From Planctomycetota bacterium (lineage in GTDB: Bacteria; Planctomycetota; PLA2; JAEUHO01), in the NCBI GenBank assembly GCA_050248855.1, contig JBFWRP010000001.1, positions 64,001 to 128,000 on the forward strand: 64,000 nt of DNA, written 5' to 3'. Position 1 is the stretch's first letter, and each line of letters opens with the position of its first letter. Below, one piece after another: positions 40,101-47,748 of this stretch. Below the pieces are notes generated by a model that saw only the letters and a program-made list of their open reading frames with translations, made no database searches and had not been told where the DNA came from. Both the position numbers and the translations under genes were made by a program.

Positions 40101-42908
40101 CAGCTCGCCCTTGGCGACGACTCCGCCCGCGAGCAGGCACGCCAAGCCGAGATCCAGGCCCTGCAGCCCTGGCAGCTGCGCAACCAGATCCGCTCGCACG
40201 CACGCAGCTTGTCGCGGCGGGGCGAGGCCGCCGGTGGCGAGCTCGAGCCCGCGGCGCTCCAGCTCGTGGAGGCCCTCCTGGCCCGCGTGCCGGACCCGGC
40301 TTCGTACACCGGCGACCTGCTCTCCCTCTACATGCCCACCAAGGACCACCGCGTCGTGGCCATGCTCGCGCCGGGCCTCGTCGGGTTCACCACGGAACGG
40401 GCCTACAGCACGCTCGCAGCGCTGTCCGCCATCGTGGCGTCGGTCCACGAGGAGGCCACGATCGACGTCCTGCGCGAAGCGCTTGCCGGGCTTCGCGATC
40501 GGGCGCAGAGCCCCGTCGACCGCCGCGTGCTCGATCTCGCCGAAGCCCGCGTGGCCGCGCGCGCGGCCGAGGTCCTGATGGCGGACCCGGCCCATGCGCG
40601 GGCCGCCGTGGCCGCGCTCGAGCGGGCGCTGGTCGCCGAACCGGTCGAGGGCGAGAGGTTGCTGCTCGCACGCCACCTCGTCAGCCTCGGGGCCCAGCGC
40701 GACCACGCGCTTGTCGACGTCGTCGTGCGCGGGCTCCGCGGGCTGATGGAGGGTCTGCCGGCGGCTGGCGAGGAGCGCCTGCGCATCGGCACGATGCTCG
40801 CGGGGCTGTTCGGCAACCTGAAGCGCTTCGACGCCCAGGAAGACCTCCTGGCCGGCCTGTGGGGCGAGGTCCGTGCGGCGCGGCCCGCGGAGCTCGATGT
40901 CGCGTCGAGCGAGTTGCTGCGCGCCCTCGTGGACGCGCGGCTGGCGCGAGGACACGCGGAGCGCGCCGAAGCCGCCCTGCTGGCCGAGCTTGCCGAGCGC
41001 CCGGAAGCCCCGGCCGTCGACAGCTGGCGCGAGAAGCTCTTCGACGTGCGCGTGAACGCCCTGCAGCGCGGTCTCAGGACGAGACTCGGCGAGGGTGCCA
41101 CCCTGTACCGCGCGCTGCGCGACGCACTCCGGTCGCGACTCGACGAGGAGGCCGACCGCGCCAGCGAGATCGCGTCGCGACTGGCCCAGGTGCACCAGGT
41201 CGCCGCGCTGCACGCGGCGTTGAAGGCCGTCGCCCGCGACGACCTGGAGGCCTGGTCGCAACAGGCGCTGCCGGCCGTACTGCGCCGCTTGCCCCAACAG
41301 GCCACGGGGGTAGCCGGCACGTTTGCGGGCGCCCTGGCCCAGCTCGGGGACCCGGCCGCGGGCCTCGCCCTGCTGCTGGATCGGGCCGAGGCCGAGCCGC
41401 GCTTCCTGGAGCGCGTGGAGTGGGACGTCGCGTCCCGTCAGCTGGATGCGATGGCCGTGTGGCGCCACGACGCGGGGGCCGTGGCCCGACCGCTGGTGGC
41501 GCGCCTCTTCGCGCTGGTGGAAGCCGCGCTCGAAGCGGCCCTCACGACCGGCGAGCGACACGGCAGTCGATTCTGGAACGCCCATGACCGGTACGGCTGG
41601 TCCGAGCGCTTCGACGACATGCAGGCGTTGATCGAGCGCGTCGTGGAGCGCGAGAGCGACAACGCCTCGGTGGCGTGGCGTGGCGCGCAGATCCTGCACG
41701 GCCCGATGCGCCGTCCGGGTGCCGGCATCGACGTGCTCGAGGCCGCCGTCGGTCGTCTGCCCGACGAGGACAACCTGCGCCGGTCGCTGGCGGGGTGGCT
41801 CCTGGAAGCGGGTCGCGCCTCGCGTGCGCGCCCGCATGCCGAGCTCCTCGTGAAGCAGCGCCCCGACCACTGGAACGACCGCGACCTGCTCGCGCGCGTC
41901 TTGATCGCCGTGCGCGACCAAGCGGCGCTCGGCGAGCTGCTCGACGAGACGGCGCGTCTCTGGCGGGAGAAGAAAGCCTTCCCCTCGGGCACGGCCCGGC
42001 ACCTCGGGGAGCGCGCCACCGAGGGTGGCCTGGGCGATCGTGCCCTGGCCTGGCTGGACGAAGCCGTGCGGCTGAGGCGCGAGGAGCGCGGCGATGTGGG
42101 CGGCCAGGACCACTGGTTGGCCGACACCTACACGTTGCTCGCCCGGGCCCGATCCGCTGCGGGCGACGACGCAGGGGCGTTCGAAGCCTCGCGGGCCGCG
42201 CTCGTGATGACGTCCGCGCGCGATGCCAACCGCGTCCGCGAGGCGCGTCAGGAGATCGAGAAGGTCCTCGCGGGCGCGCGGGACCTCGCCTCCTTGGACG
42301 CGGCCTACGAGGCGGAGGTCGCCGAGTCGGGCTTGGACGCGGCCGTCCTGCGGCAGGCGTTCGCCGCGGTCTGGCGCCAGCAGGGCAGGCTGGAGCGGGC
42401 GGAGCACCACCTGCTCGAGGCCCGCGACGTCGAGCCCGACGACGCCAGCGTGCACGGCGCGTTGGTGGCGCTGTACGACGAGATGAAGCGGCCGGCGGAT
42501 GCGGTGGCCGCGCTCTACGGCTCGATCGAGCTGGCCCCGCTCGGCTACGACGCCTACGAAGACCTCGCGCGGCGTTTGGCGGCTCTCGGCGACGAGGCCG
42601 GGCGAGAACGCGCGCTCACGTCCCTGGCCGAGCCCGCGCCGCACCAGGCGGAAGGACATCGTCGTCTGGGCCGTGCGTTCACGGGCGACGGTCGGTTGGA
42701 CGCCGCGCTCGTGCAGTGGGCGCAGGTCGTTCGCACCGAGCGCCTGGATCCCACCGGCTGGCTCGAGTACGCGGAGGCCGCCGTACGCGCGGGCGACACG
42801 GCCACGGCACGCAAGGCGTTGCAGCACGTCCTGGAAGGAAGCTGGGAAGAGCGCTTCGGCCCCGTCAAGCAACAGGCCGCCGCGCGACTCGCCCGCCTGC
42901 CCTCATGA
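34101..42908 (+). CDS. Giant (2935 aa) exported FecR-like + VIT + vWA + TPR-solenoid protein
   Basis: Signal/TM; FecR-like beta region (GDFVRT, VQGEL); VIT (ARTTIEQVFRN..EGTFRFPLP..ARQIYE..DPGLLEW); vWA MIDAS DTSGS; RLWA..L / TPYTSLLVLE; long TPR-like C-terminal half. GGAGG RBS. Confidence 0.85.
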   Translation: MRALGLVSLAIVLTAVVLPPLLAGGRIGEAGDDDHPPVADDGRAGTVRTAQGTVLVRPAGSLRFTPLARGDLLAVGDFVRTAVPGAHLAELDLVGSRVVLGPGTTVRLAARDAVHVVQGELEVVPAPGASVQVTGPGSFARTVTGAPAAEGGLAPRLQLRSDGRGVVELEKEPRWLTSWRAAAGAAWAGGLTAQIDGRDVDLAVVRHEVTVEVRDQLARTTIEQVFRNATDVRTEGTFRFPLPAGASISGFAMWIGDEMVEADIVERQRARQIYEDILRRKKDPGLLEWEGGNLFQARVFPIEARSTKRVRVRYTQVLPLQGQAYRYRVPLTSELLRQKPLEHLSVKLRLQSETPIARVTSPTHPVNARTTAHTADVEYMLEGASPDRDFEVEVALTSPPDLVLLPHRRGDDGYFLVQLRPPTPEAQGFERTLVPEGKPLDVVLVADTSGSMSASAREAQDQLFRAFVALLGAEDRVRLLAYDVKPVWLLEEPAAPDAQELAGALDALAARRSLGWSDVDAGLEAALAAAPAGGLVVHVGDGIVTTGDADPQAGAARLAALGERFPGRAVHAVAPSSTYEAPVLEALARIGGGSMRTTDPAAPASTAAALLRDALLPQWKNLKLRIEGVPTARVYPEVLPNTPAGTQLMVLGRFAPTQGDTQVTVHVEGDGPEGPVRVSTRAVLPGTDGGNDFLPRLWARRHLDALLEQGPDAETQAEIVEFSERFGILTPYTSLLVLESDEDRERYGVGRRVHMRDGERFFAEARDTAVLEARRAALREASGWRTWLRAAAMQEIAGLGRDFGVPFPPPDPGVVTRGEGADSALGELLDATLGLRDQLQAGKLLELKHEGGEWAGGLEEEAEGSFGRRGGASPGSGGMPPPASAPRPRAATRAMDQGDSVDGRLADRGLYASEESEEGLEAAAAEPQLAGPSIEDLDFETDNDDYAPADRRASLQRARKRPSGRREDPRLAQSSSLWASLRTSPWWDGLGWRERPAPGPSATSLGFPHVPPDLPVAEPEAPETPWPADLRERLGALLRRARFVPTAGAWHVTVLERTMHPLRGIPTHARRSESWVAADGWYQTLRQATSGSEAAQWWLLGRRGAVDVITRLAMTRAGSARDAGDWGLPLADLENDRLVAALEHSHDVRITSDTEGRVTFRFTPRGPRPGTWREWVVDTARKALVEERMGDERTGRVHWRRVHEGLVEVAGVTLPSRTVSYDRDGRVNADQAFTWELVDATAWTAAAARLANPGEDVLVLDAELASLDDARLAVAEGKAGLRDHLSLLVDAASRADGDAVATHLRAARGANPATPEAFDAIALGVLGRVRRPDDMAALRPRLLADAKASPPSRAIARALRALRGLGAQLGANEVLALLESVAGLLTSDQDVVVAEEAAWRDLVHDRARLQALARAERRREAVAFLAELAERWPAELDLQLAWSRALRERGDRAAARAWLTGALERGAPWLDHELDSLYTTITDGLWQDRLLDDLVQATTAWTSKRPDNPESWKRAATIAYLTGRDAETDAEQLGLLAAPPAGHDDDVLAARQQTAVWLLLGDGWLFDVQGILPQHAEALARFAAAAFAQDGSPPPRMWSLAGRIATHWRFRRTEGNRLLEAALREQLLEGVTSATTERLRVLLGRVVLRGDARGEDRARVLEALRARHAAAEALDERDALADMLLGLLDQAGEGEAALDFQRGRLARRRAAGEPVEAIVRDLVERLLRTDDGDAAREDEVVALVGTFAGTQEDHRAATADAASWSRRLAGRFEDWRERTALGSLEDLAKLSREAQREARREARDAARSQLVTRLPALAPALPDAFATWLELEALAASVQSGTDIEARTAAALGRLGAEWARDRRPSERVQRERLATAIAFAALRRSPPEGLADRLLAVLDAIHEADAFALEVGADEEVVEILLDARYHVARLLVALDRGSEVRERLAAWVGTEGSSSRWTVLLAHLEAEAGDLAAAVARLEPLRTSGALGADVLARIGTWQLALGDDSAREQARQAEIQALQPWQLRNQIRSHARSLSRRGEAAGGELEPAALQLVEALLARVPDPASYTGDLLSLYMPTKDHRVVAMLAPGLVGFTTERAYSTLAALSAIVASVHEEATIDVLREALAGLRDRAQSPVDRRVLDLAEARVAARAAEVLMADPAHARAAVAALERALVAEPVEGERLLLARHLVSLGAQRDHALVDVVVRGLRGLMEGLPAAGEERLRIGTMLAGLFGNLKRFDAQEDLLAGLWGEVRAARPAELDVASSELLRALVDARLARGHAERAEAALLAELAERPEAPAVDSWREKLFDVRVNALQRGLRTRLGEGATLYRALRDALRSRLDEEADRASEIASRLAQVHQVAALHAALKAVARDDLEAWSQQALPAVLRRLPQQATGVAGTFAGALAQLGDPAAGLALLLDRAEAEPRFLERVEWDVASRQLDAMAVWRHDAGAVARPLVARLFALVEAALEAALTTGERHGSRFWNAHDRYGWSERFDDMQALIERVVERESDNASVAWRGAQILHGPMRRPGAGIDVLEAAVGRLPDEDNLRRSLAGWLLEAGRASRARPHAELLVKQRPDHWNDRDLLARVLIAVRDQAALGELLDETARLWREKKAFPSGTARHLGERATEGGLGDRALAWLDEAVRLRREERGDVGGQDHWLADTYTLLARARSAAGDDAGAFEASRAALVMTSARDANRVREARQEIEKVLAGARDLASLDAAYEAEVAESGLDAAVLRQAFAAVWRQQGRLERAEHHLLEARDVEPDDASVHGALVALYDEMKRPADAVAALYGSIELAPLGYDAYEDLARRLAALGDEAGRERALTSLAEPAPHQAEGHRRLGRAFTGDGRLDAALVQWAQVVRTERLDPTGWLEYAEAAVRAGDTATARKALQHVLEGSWEERFGPVKQQAAARLARLPS

Positions 42909-42942
42909 CCCCTCCACGGCGGCGTCCGGCTACCCTGGAGGC

Positions 42943-43248
42943 ATGCCCGAGGCCCCCGTCGTCGAACCGGAGCAGACGACCGACACCACGACGCAGGACG
43001 CGCCGCGGTGGAAGGTCCTGCTCCACGACGACGACGTCACGACCATCGACTTCGTCGTGTGGCTCTTGATGCGCGTCTTTGCCAAGCCGGCGGAGGAAGC
43101 CGTGGAGCTGACGCTCAAGGTGCACCGCACGGGCGTGGCCATCGTGGCCGTCACCAGCTTCGAGCGCGCCGAGCTCTACGTGGAGCAGGTCCACTCGCTG
43201 GCCCGCCCCCGCGGCTATCCCCTCACCGCCACCCTCGAACAGGCCTAG
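42943..43248 (+). CDS. clpS: ATP-dependent Clp protease adaptor
   Basis: WKVLLHDDDVTTIDFVV, VHRTG, YPL..TLE. Confidence 0.93.
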   Translation: MPEAPVVEPEQTTDTTTQDAPRWKVLLHDDDVTTIDFVVWLLMRVFAKPAEEAVELTLKVHRTGVAIVAVTSFERAELYVEQVHSLARPRGYPLTATLEQA

Positions 43249-43447
43249 GTGGGTGCACGATTTGGGGTGCGAGCGTGCGGCTCGCCAGATGCTTGGTCCC
43301 GCGCCTCCATCGGCTCCTCGAGTCCGTAGCACCTTGCGCGGCCGGCCAAGGCCGGCCGACGCAGACCACGAGTCGTCGCCGATGGAGGCGCGCTACCGTC
43401 GCCCTGGCGACCCGATGCGATGTCATTGCCCATCCAGGAAACCGTGT

Positions 43448-43545
43448 GTACGGAGGCGGGGCTTCCTTCCGCAGCTTGCCGATCGGTGCCCGCGCCTGGG
43501 AGGGATTCCTTCGGCAGGCTGCGGAAGGATTCCCCGCCACCTGCT
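43448..43545. repeat. ~98-bp palindromic element, copy 3 (diverged, compensated arms)
   Basis: GTACGGAGGCGGGGCTTCCTTCCGCAGCTTGCCGA ... TCGGCAGGCTGCGGAAGGATTCCCCGCCACC. Confidence 0.7.
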
Positions 43546-43797
43546 GCCTCTGGTCCGCGGGTTCATCCCCCGCGCCGAAGGCGCAACCTGGCTTCTCATC
43601 CCCATGCCCAGGCCCCGATTGTCCAAGGGGCCGCCTACGCCGGCGGGCGACATGTCGCTCGACTACGTGATCGGGGCGCCAGGGCGAGGGCCGCGGGCAG
43701 CCGCGCGGTCTGTCCACGCAAGGACCCAGCGCGGCAATCCGCGGCCCCGCACCTGACGCGCCGCACCTTCGCGCGACACGAGCTTCGACCGACCCAG

Positions 43798-43938
43798 CTA
43801 GCAGGGCTCGTCGAGGAGGTCGCACGGCTCGTAGCAGGACCACGGGTCGTTGCAGCGAGCCTTCATGCAGCCGGCCAGCGTGAGCGTGCCGAGCGCGAGG
43901 GCGAGAACGGCGAGGATGCGGAAGTTACGAGCGCGCAT
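43798..43938 (-). CDS. Small Cys-rich lipoprotein (46 aa)
   Basis: MRARNFRILAVLALALGTLTLAGC-MKARCNDPWSCYEPCDLLDEPC. Lipobox LAGC. GGAG RBS. Confidence 0.7.
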   Translation of the reverse strand: MRARNFRILAVLALALGTLTLAGCMKARCNDPWSCYEPCDLLDEPC

Positions 43939-43991
43939 GGAGACTCCAGGGGATGGGTGCCGGTAGGACGCGCCACCACGAAGCCCCTTGG

Positions 43992-44183
43992 TCAGGGGCA
44001 ACAGCGATCCGGAGGCGGGTCCTGACACAGGGACGGACAGACCGGGCCGAAGCGCCCCGGGGGCCACGCCTCGCACTCGCAGTCCACGGACCGGCTGGCA
44101 CAGCCCCCCAGGCCCAGCAGGGCCAGGAGCAGCAGTGCCAGCACGGCGCGGCCAGGAAGCGAACGGTGGTCGACGGTACGCAC
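43992..44183 (-). CDS. Small Cys-rich lipoprotein (63 aa)
   Basis: Hydrophobic stretch + LGGC lipobox; mature part CASRSVDCECEAWPPGRFGPVCPSLCQDPPPDRCCP. GGAGG RBS. Confidence 0.65.
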   Translation of the reverse strand: MRTVDHRSLPGRAVLALLLLALLGLGGCASRSVDCECEAWPPGRFGPVCPSLCQDPPPDRCCP

Positions 44184-44337
44184 GGACGAGCCCTCCCTCG
44201 CATCGGCTGTCAGGCCCTGGCGACTTTACCGCCCGGCGGATCGGACCGGTAGCGAAGAGGCTTCGCGGCCCTACGGCCTCTCCCCCACGCGATGGCCGGG
44301 TGGCGGGGCCACCGCGGAGCCCGCTATGCTCCGCCCG

Positions 44338-46020
44338 ATGCACCGCGCCTTCCTGCTGCTCACGCTTGCCTCGTGCCTCACGGCCGCTTCCGCCTGGGCG
44401 CGCGACGACGATGTCGAGGCCCTCGTCGCCCAGCTCGAGAAGAACGCGCGGGATCCCTTCGAGCAGCGCGAGCGCGAGGCGGCGATCCGCAAGCTGGCCG
44501 ACGTGGCCACCCCTTCGGCGGCCGAGGCCCTGGTCCCGATCCTCGACGACCCCTTCGAGCACCTCCACGATCGCGTCGTGTCCGCATGGATCGAGATGCT
44601 GCGCACGAACCGTAGCGGCGACCTGCACACGATGTTCGCCCAGCGCCTCCTGAAGCACCGCAACCCGGCGGTTCGCGCCGGAGCGGCCACTGCGCTCGGG
44701 CTGTCCAGCGGTGCGGAGATGGCCGAGGACTTCCGCGGCTCGCTTCGCTCCGAGAAGGACGCGAGCGTTCTCGTGCGCCTCTGCCAGGGCGCCCTGAAGC
44801 TGCGGGAGAAGCCGGATCTGGCGGGTGCCTTCGTGCCCTTGCTCGGCCACAAGGACGGCGCCGTCGTCGAGGCGGCCGCCCTGGCTTGCGTGCGGTACGA
44901 GCCCGGCGACGAGACGGACGCCGCCCTGCGCAAGGCGCTCGCGCGCCACAGGGACCCGCTGGCGCGCGCGGGCGCGCTGCAGGCACTGGCGGCACGCGGA
45001 ACGCTGGCGGCGGCCGACTTCGGCGAAGGGTTCTCCGACGACGCGATCGAGACACGCGTGGCCCTTGCCCGTGCGTTGCCCTCCCCATCCCCCCATCTCG
45101 CGGTTCCCGGACCGGGGCGCGATGTGCTCGTGTCCCTCTTGGGCGACCCGTCGTGGCGTGTGCGGGTGGCGGCGGTGCAAGCAGCGCTTCGGCTCTGGCA
45201 CGCGGACGTCGTCATGCCCCTGATCGCGCGTCTGGAGGTCGAGACCGGCCGCGTGCGCGACGACGTGCACCGGGCCCTGGTCACGCTGACGGGCGCCGAT
45301 GTCGCCGCGGACGCGCAGCTGTGGACCGTGTGGTGGGCGGCGCGGGGCGAGACGTTCGACCCCGGCGAGCGCCCGGATGCGGACGCCGGGGGGCGGATCC
45401 GCTTCCGGGAGCCGCAGCACGGCAACGGCTCACCCGGTACGAAGACGGTCGCCTTCTACGACCTGCCGCTCGCGAGCGAGAGGCTGGTCTTCGTGTTCGA
45501 TCTCTCGGGCAGCATGGGCAAGGCGGACGGCGATGCCGCGGGACGCAGCAAGCTCGACGTGCTGCGCGAGCGGTTTGCGACCGTCCTGGCCGAGCTCCCC
45601 GAGTCGACGCACTTCGACGTGTGGGTGTGGCGCTACCCCAGCTCCTACCCGCCCAAGCCGAAGCTGGAGCGCGCCTTCGACAAGCTCCAGCCGCTGACGG
45701 CAGGCAACCGTGCCAAGGCCCAGAAGTGGATGGCCAAGCAGGAAGCCAAGGGCTGGGGCGCGTTCTTCGAGCCCATCGAGGCCGCCCTCACCGAGGACAT
45801 CGACACGCTGGTCCTCCTCTCGGACGGTGTACCCAGCCGAGGCCGCTACGAGCGCCGCGATCGCCTGCTCGTCGAAGTCGCCCAGGCCAACCGCTACGCG
45901 GGCCTTCGCGTGGACACGATCCTCGCCGGGACCAAGGGCACCGACCGCGCCTTCATGGACGACCTCGCCGCTTCGACGGGAGGCCGTTCCCGGGCCGTTG
46001 CCGGCCGCGAAGATCGCTGA
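44338..46020 (+). CDS. Exported HEAT-repeat + C-terminal vWA protein
   Basis: Signal peptide ASAWA, HEAT repeats, FVFDLSGSM (MIDAS), LLSDGVP. Confidence 0.85.
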   Translation: MHRAFLLLTLASCLTAASAWARDDDVEALVAQLEKNARDPFEQREREAAIRKLADVATPSAAEALVPILDDPFEHLHDRVVSAWIEMLRTNRSGDLHTMFAQRLLKHRNPAVRAGAATALGLSSGAEMAEDFRGSLRSEKDASVLVRLCQGALKLREKPDLAGAFVPLLGHKDGAVVEAAALACVRYEPGDETDAALRKALARHRDPLARAGALQALAARGTLAAADFGEGFSDDAIETRVALARALPSPSPHLAVPGPGRDVLVSLLGDPSWRVRVAAVQAALRLWHADVVMPLIARLEVETGRVRDDVHRALVTLTGADVAADAQLWTVWWAARGETFDPGERPDADAGGRIRFREPQHGNGSPGTKTVAFYDLPLASERLVFVFDLSGSMGKADGDAAGRSKLDVLRERFATVLAELPESTHFDVWVWRYPSSYPPKPKLERAFDKLQPLTAGNRAKAQKWMAKQEAKGWGAFFEPIEAALTEDIDTLVLLSDGVPSRGRYERRDRLLVEVAQANRYAGLRVDTILAGTKGTDRAFMDDLAASTGGRSRAVAGREDR

Positions 46021-46089
46021 CGGGCGGGCATCGTGGACCTCGAGGTGGGCGGTGGTAGCGTGCCGCCCGCCGTTGGACGGGAGAACCGC

Positions 46090-47190
46090 ATGCGCCAGAC
46101 GCCGCTCCGTGACCAGCATGTCGCCCTGGGGGCGCGCATGGTCGATTTCCACGGGTGGGAGATGCCCGTCCAGTACCGGGGCATCCTCGACGAGACCCGT
46201 TGCGTGCGCACGCGCGGCGGGATCTTCGACCTGTGCCACATGGGACGTCTCGAGATCACGGGGCCCGACCGCGAGCGTCTCGTCGAGCATGTCTTCAGCG
46301 CCAACCTCGGCAAGCTGAAGCATGGGCGTGCCAAGTACGGCTTCCTGCTCGACGAGGGCGGCTTCCCGCTCGATGACGTCCTCGTCTATCGCGACCACGA
46401 CCTCGTCCACATGGTGATCAACGCCACCGGGCGCGGGCACGACGGCGCCTGGATCGAGTCCCGGCGCGACGCTGCGGGACTGGACGCGCACGTGCGCGAG
46501 GTCTCCGACCAGCAGGCGATGATCGCGTTGCAGGGCCCCGTCTCCGAGGCCGTGCTGCAGCCGCTCTGCGACGCGGACCTGGGCAAGCTCCGCTACTACG
46601 CGTTCACCAACGCCACGGTTCGCGACGTCCCGACGCTGATCGCGCGCACGGGCTACACCGGGGAGGACGGCTTCGAGCTGTTCTTCGACCCGGCCGAGGC
46701 CGTGGCCACGTGGAAGGCCTTGCTGGCGACCGGCGCCGACCACGGGCTCGAGCCCATCGGCCTGGGCGCCCGGGACCTGCTGCGTCTCGAGGCCGGCATG
46801 CCTCTCTACGGTCAGGAGATCAACACGTCGATCGACCCGCTCGAGGCCGACTTGGCCTTCGGCGTGGACCTGGCCAAGACGGGCACCGTGGGCATTCCCG
46901 CGCTCGCCGACCGAAAGGCGCGGGGTCAGGCTCGCCACGCGGTCTCCCTCGCGGCCGAGGGTGGGCGCGTGCCGCGCACCGACACCGAGCTGTTCGATGC
47001 GCCCGAGAACGGCGAGCGCGTCGGGCGCGTCACGAGCGGCGGCGTCAGCCCGACGCTCGGGCGCACGATCGCACGAGCCCTCGTCCAGACGGGCCACGAG
47101 AGCCTGGGCACGACGCTCTGGGCCGACGTACGCGGCAAGCGCTGGCCCCTGCAGGTCGTCCCCCACCCCTTCTACCGACGCGGCGCTTGA
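46090..47190 (+). CDS. gcvT: Glycine cleavage system aminomethyltransferase T
   Basis: FHGWEMPVQY, FDLCHMG, ALQGP, RTGYTGEDGFE, GLGARDLLRLEAG. Confidence 0.96.
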   Translation: MRQTPLRDQHVALGARMVDFHGWEMPVQYRGILDETRCVRTRGGIFDLCHMGRLEITGPDRERLVEHVFSANLGKLKHGRAKYGFLLDEGGFPLDDVLVYRDHDLVHMVINATGRGHDGAWIESRRDAAGLDAHVREVSDQQAMIALQGPVSEAVLQPLCDADLGKLRYYAFTNATVRDVPTLIARTGYTGEDGFELFFDPAEAVATWKALLATGADHGLEPIGLGARDLLRLEAGMPLYGQEINTSIDPLEADLAFGVDLAKTGTVGIPALADRKARGQARHAVSLAAEGGRVPRTDTELFDAPENGERVGRVTSGGVSPTLGRTIARALVQTGHESLGTTLWADVRGKRWPLQVVPHPFYRRGA

Positions 47191-47314
47191 CACCCCCGGG
47201 GGGCGGCCTCGTCCCAGGCGCCGGGCACGGCTTCCGCGGCCCGTCCCGGACGCACGCGGAGCGCGAGGTCCGTGGCAGGATGTGCCGCTCGTCCAAGGCT
47301 CCCGGGAGGGTTCC

Positions 47315-47698
47315 ATGTCCGATCGTCCGAACGACATCCGCTACACGTCGTCCCACGAGTGGGTCCGCAAGGAGGGCGGTGTCGCCACCATCGGCATCAC
47401 CGACTTCGCCGTGGAGCACCTCGGCGACCTCGTGTTCGTCCAGCTCCCCGAGGTCGGTGACGAGGTCTCGGCCGGCGACAGCGTCTGCGAGGTGGAGAGC
47501 GTCAAGGCCGTTGGCGAGGTCTACAGCCCGGTCTCCGGAGAGGTCGTCGAAGTGAACGCGGCACTGGGCGACGACCAAGGCCCGCTCGCCGGCGACCCGT
47601 TTGGTGCGGGCTGGCTGTTCAAGGTGAAGACCGACGACGACGTCTCCTCGCTGATGGACGTCGCCGCGTACGAGGCGCAGCTCGGCACGGCTTCCTGA
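47315..47698 (+). CDS. gcvH: Glycine cleavage system H protein
   Basis: SHEWV, GITDFA, VESVKAV (lipoyl Lys), DPFGAGWLF. Confidence 0.96.
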   Translation: MSDRPNDIRYTSSHEWVRKEGGVATIGITDFAVEHLGDLVFVQLPEVGDEVSAGDSVCEVESVKAVGEVYSPVSGEVVEVNAALGDDQGPLAGDPFGAGWLFKVKTDDDVSSLMDVAAYEAQLGTAS

Positions 47699-47748
47699 GA
47701 GGCGGACCAGCGTAGGGCGTTCCACGGGCGTCGCACGAAGGGGAAGGC

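Noticed and set aside
43459..43475. CGGAAGGAAGC (minus strand) resembling SRP RNA domain IV
   Set aside because: The flanking CAGG/AGCA loop and the tetraloop stem are absent.
20891..43545. CRISPR array or integron attC interpretation of the palindromic copies
   Set aside because: Copies are kilobases apart, there are no cas or intI genes, and no RYYYAAC/GTTRRRY ends.
43992..43994. Sec readthrough at the TGA ending the 63-aa Cys-rich peptide
   Set aside because: The hairpin overlaps the TGA itself rather than lying at SECIS spacing, and there is no Cys-homology argument.
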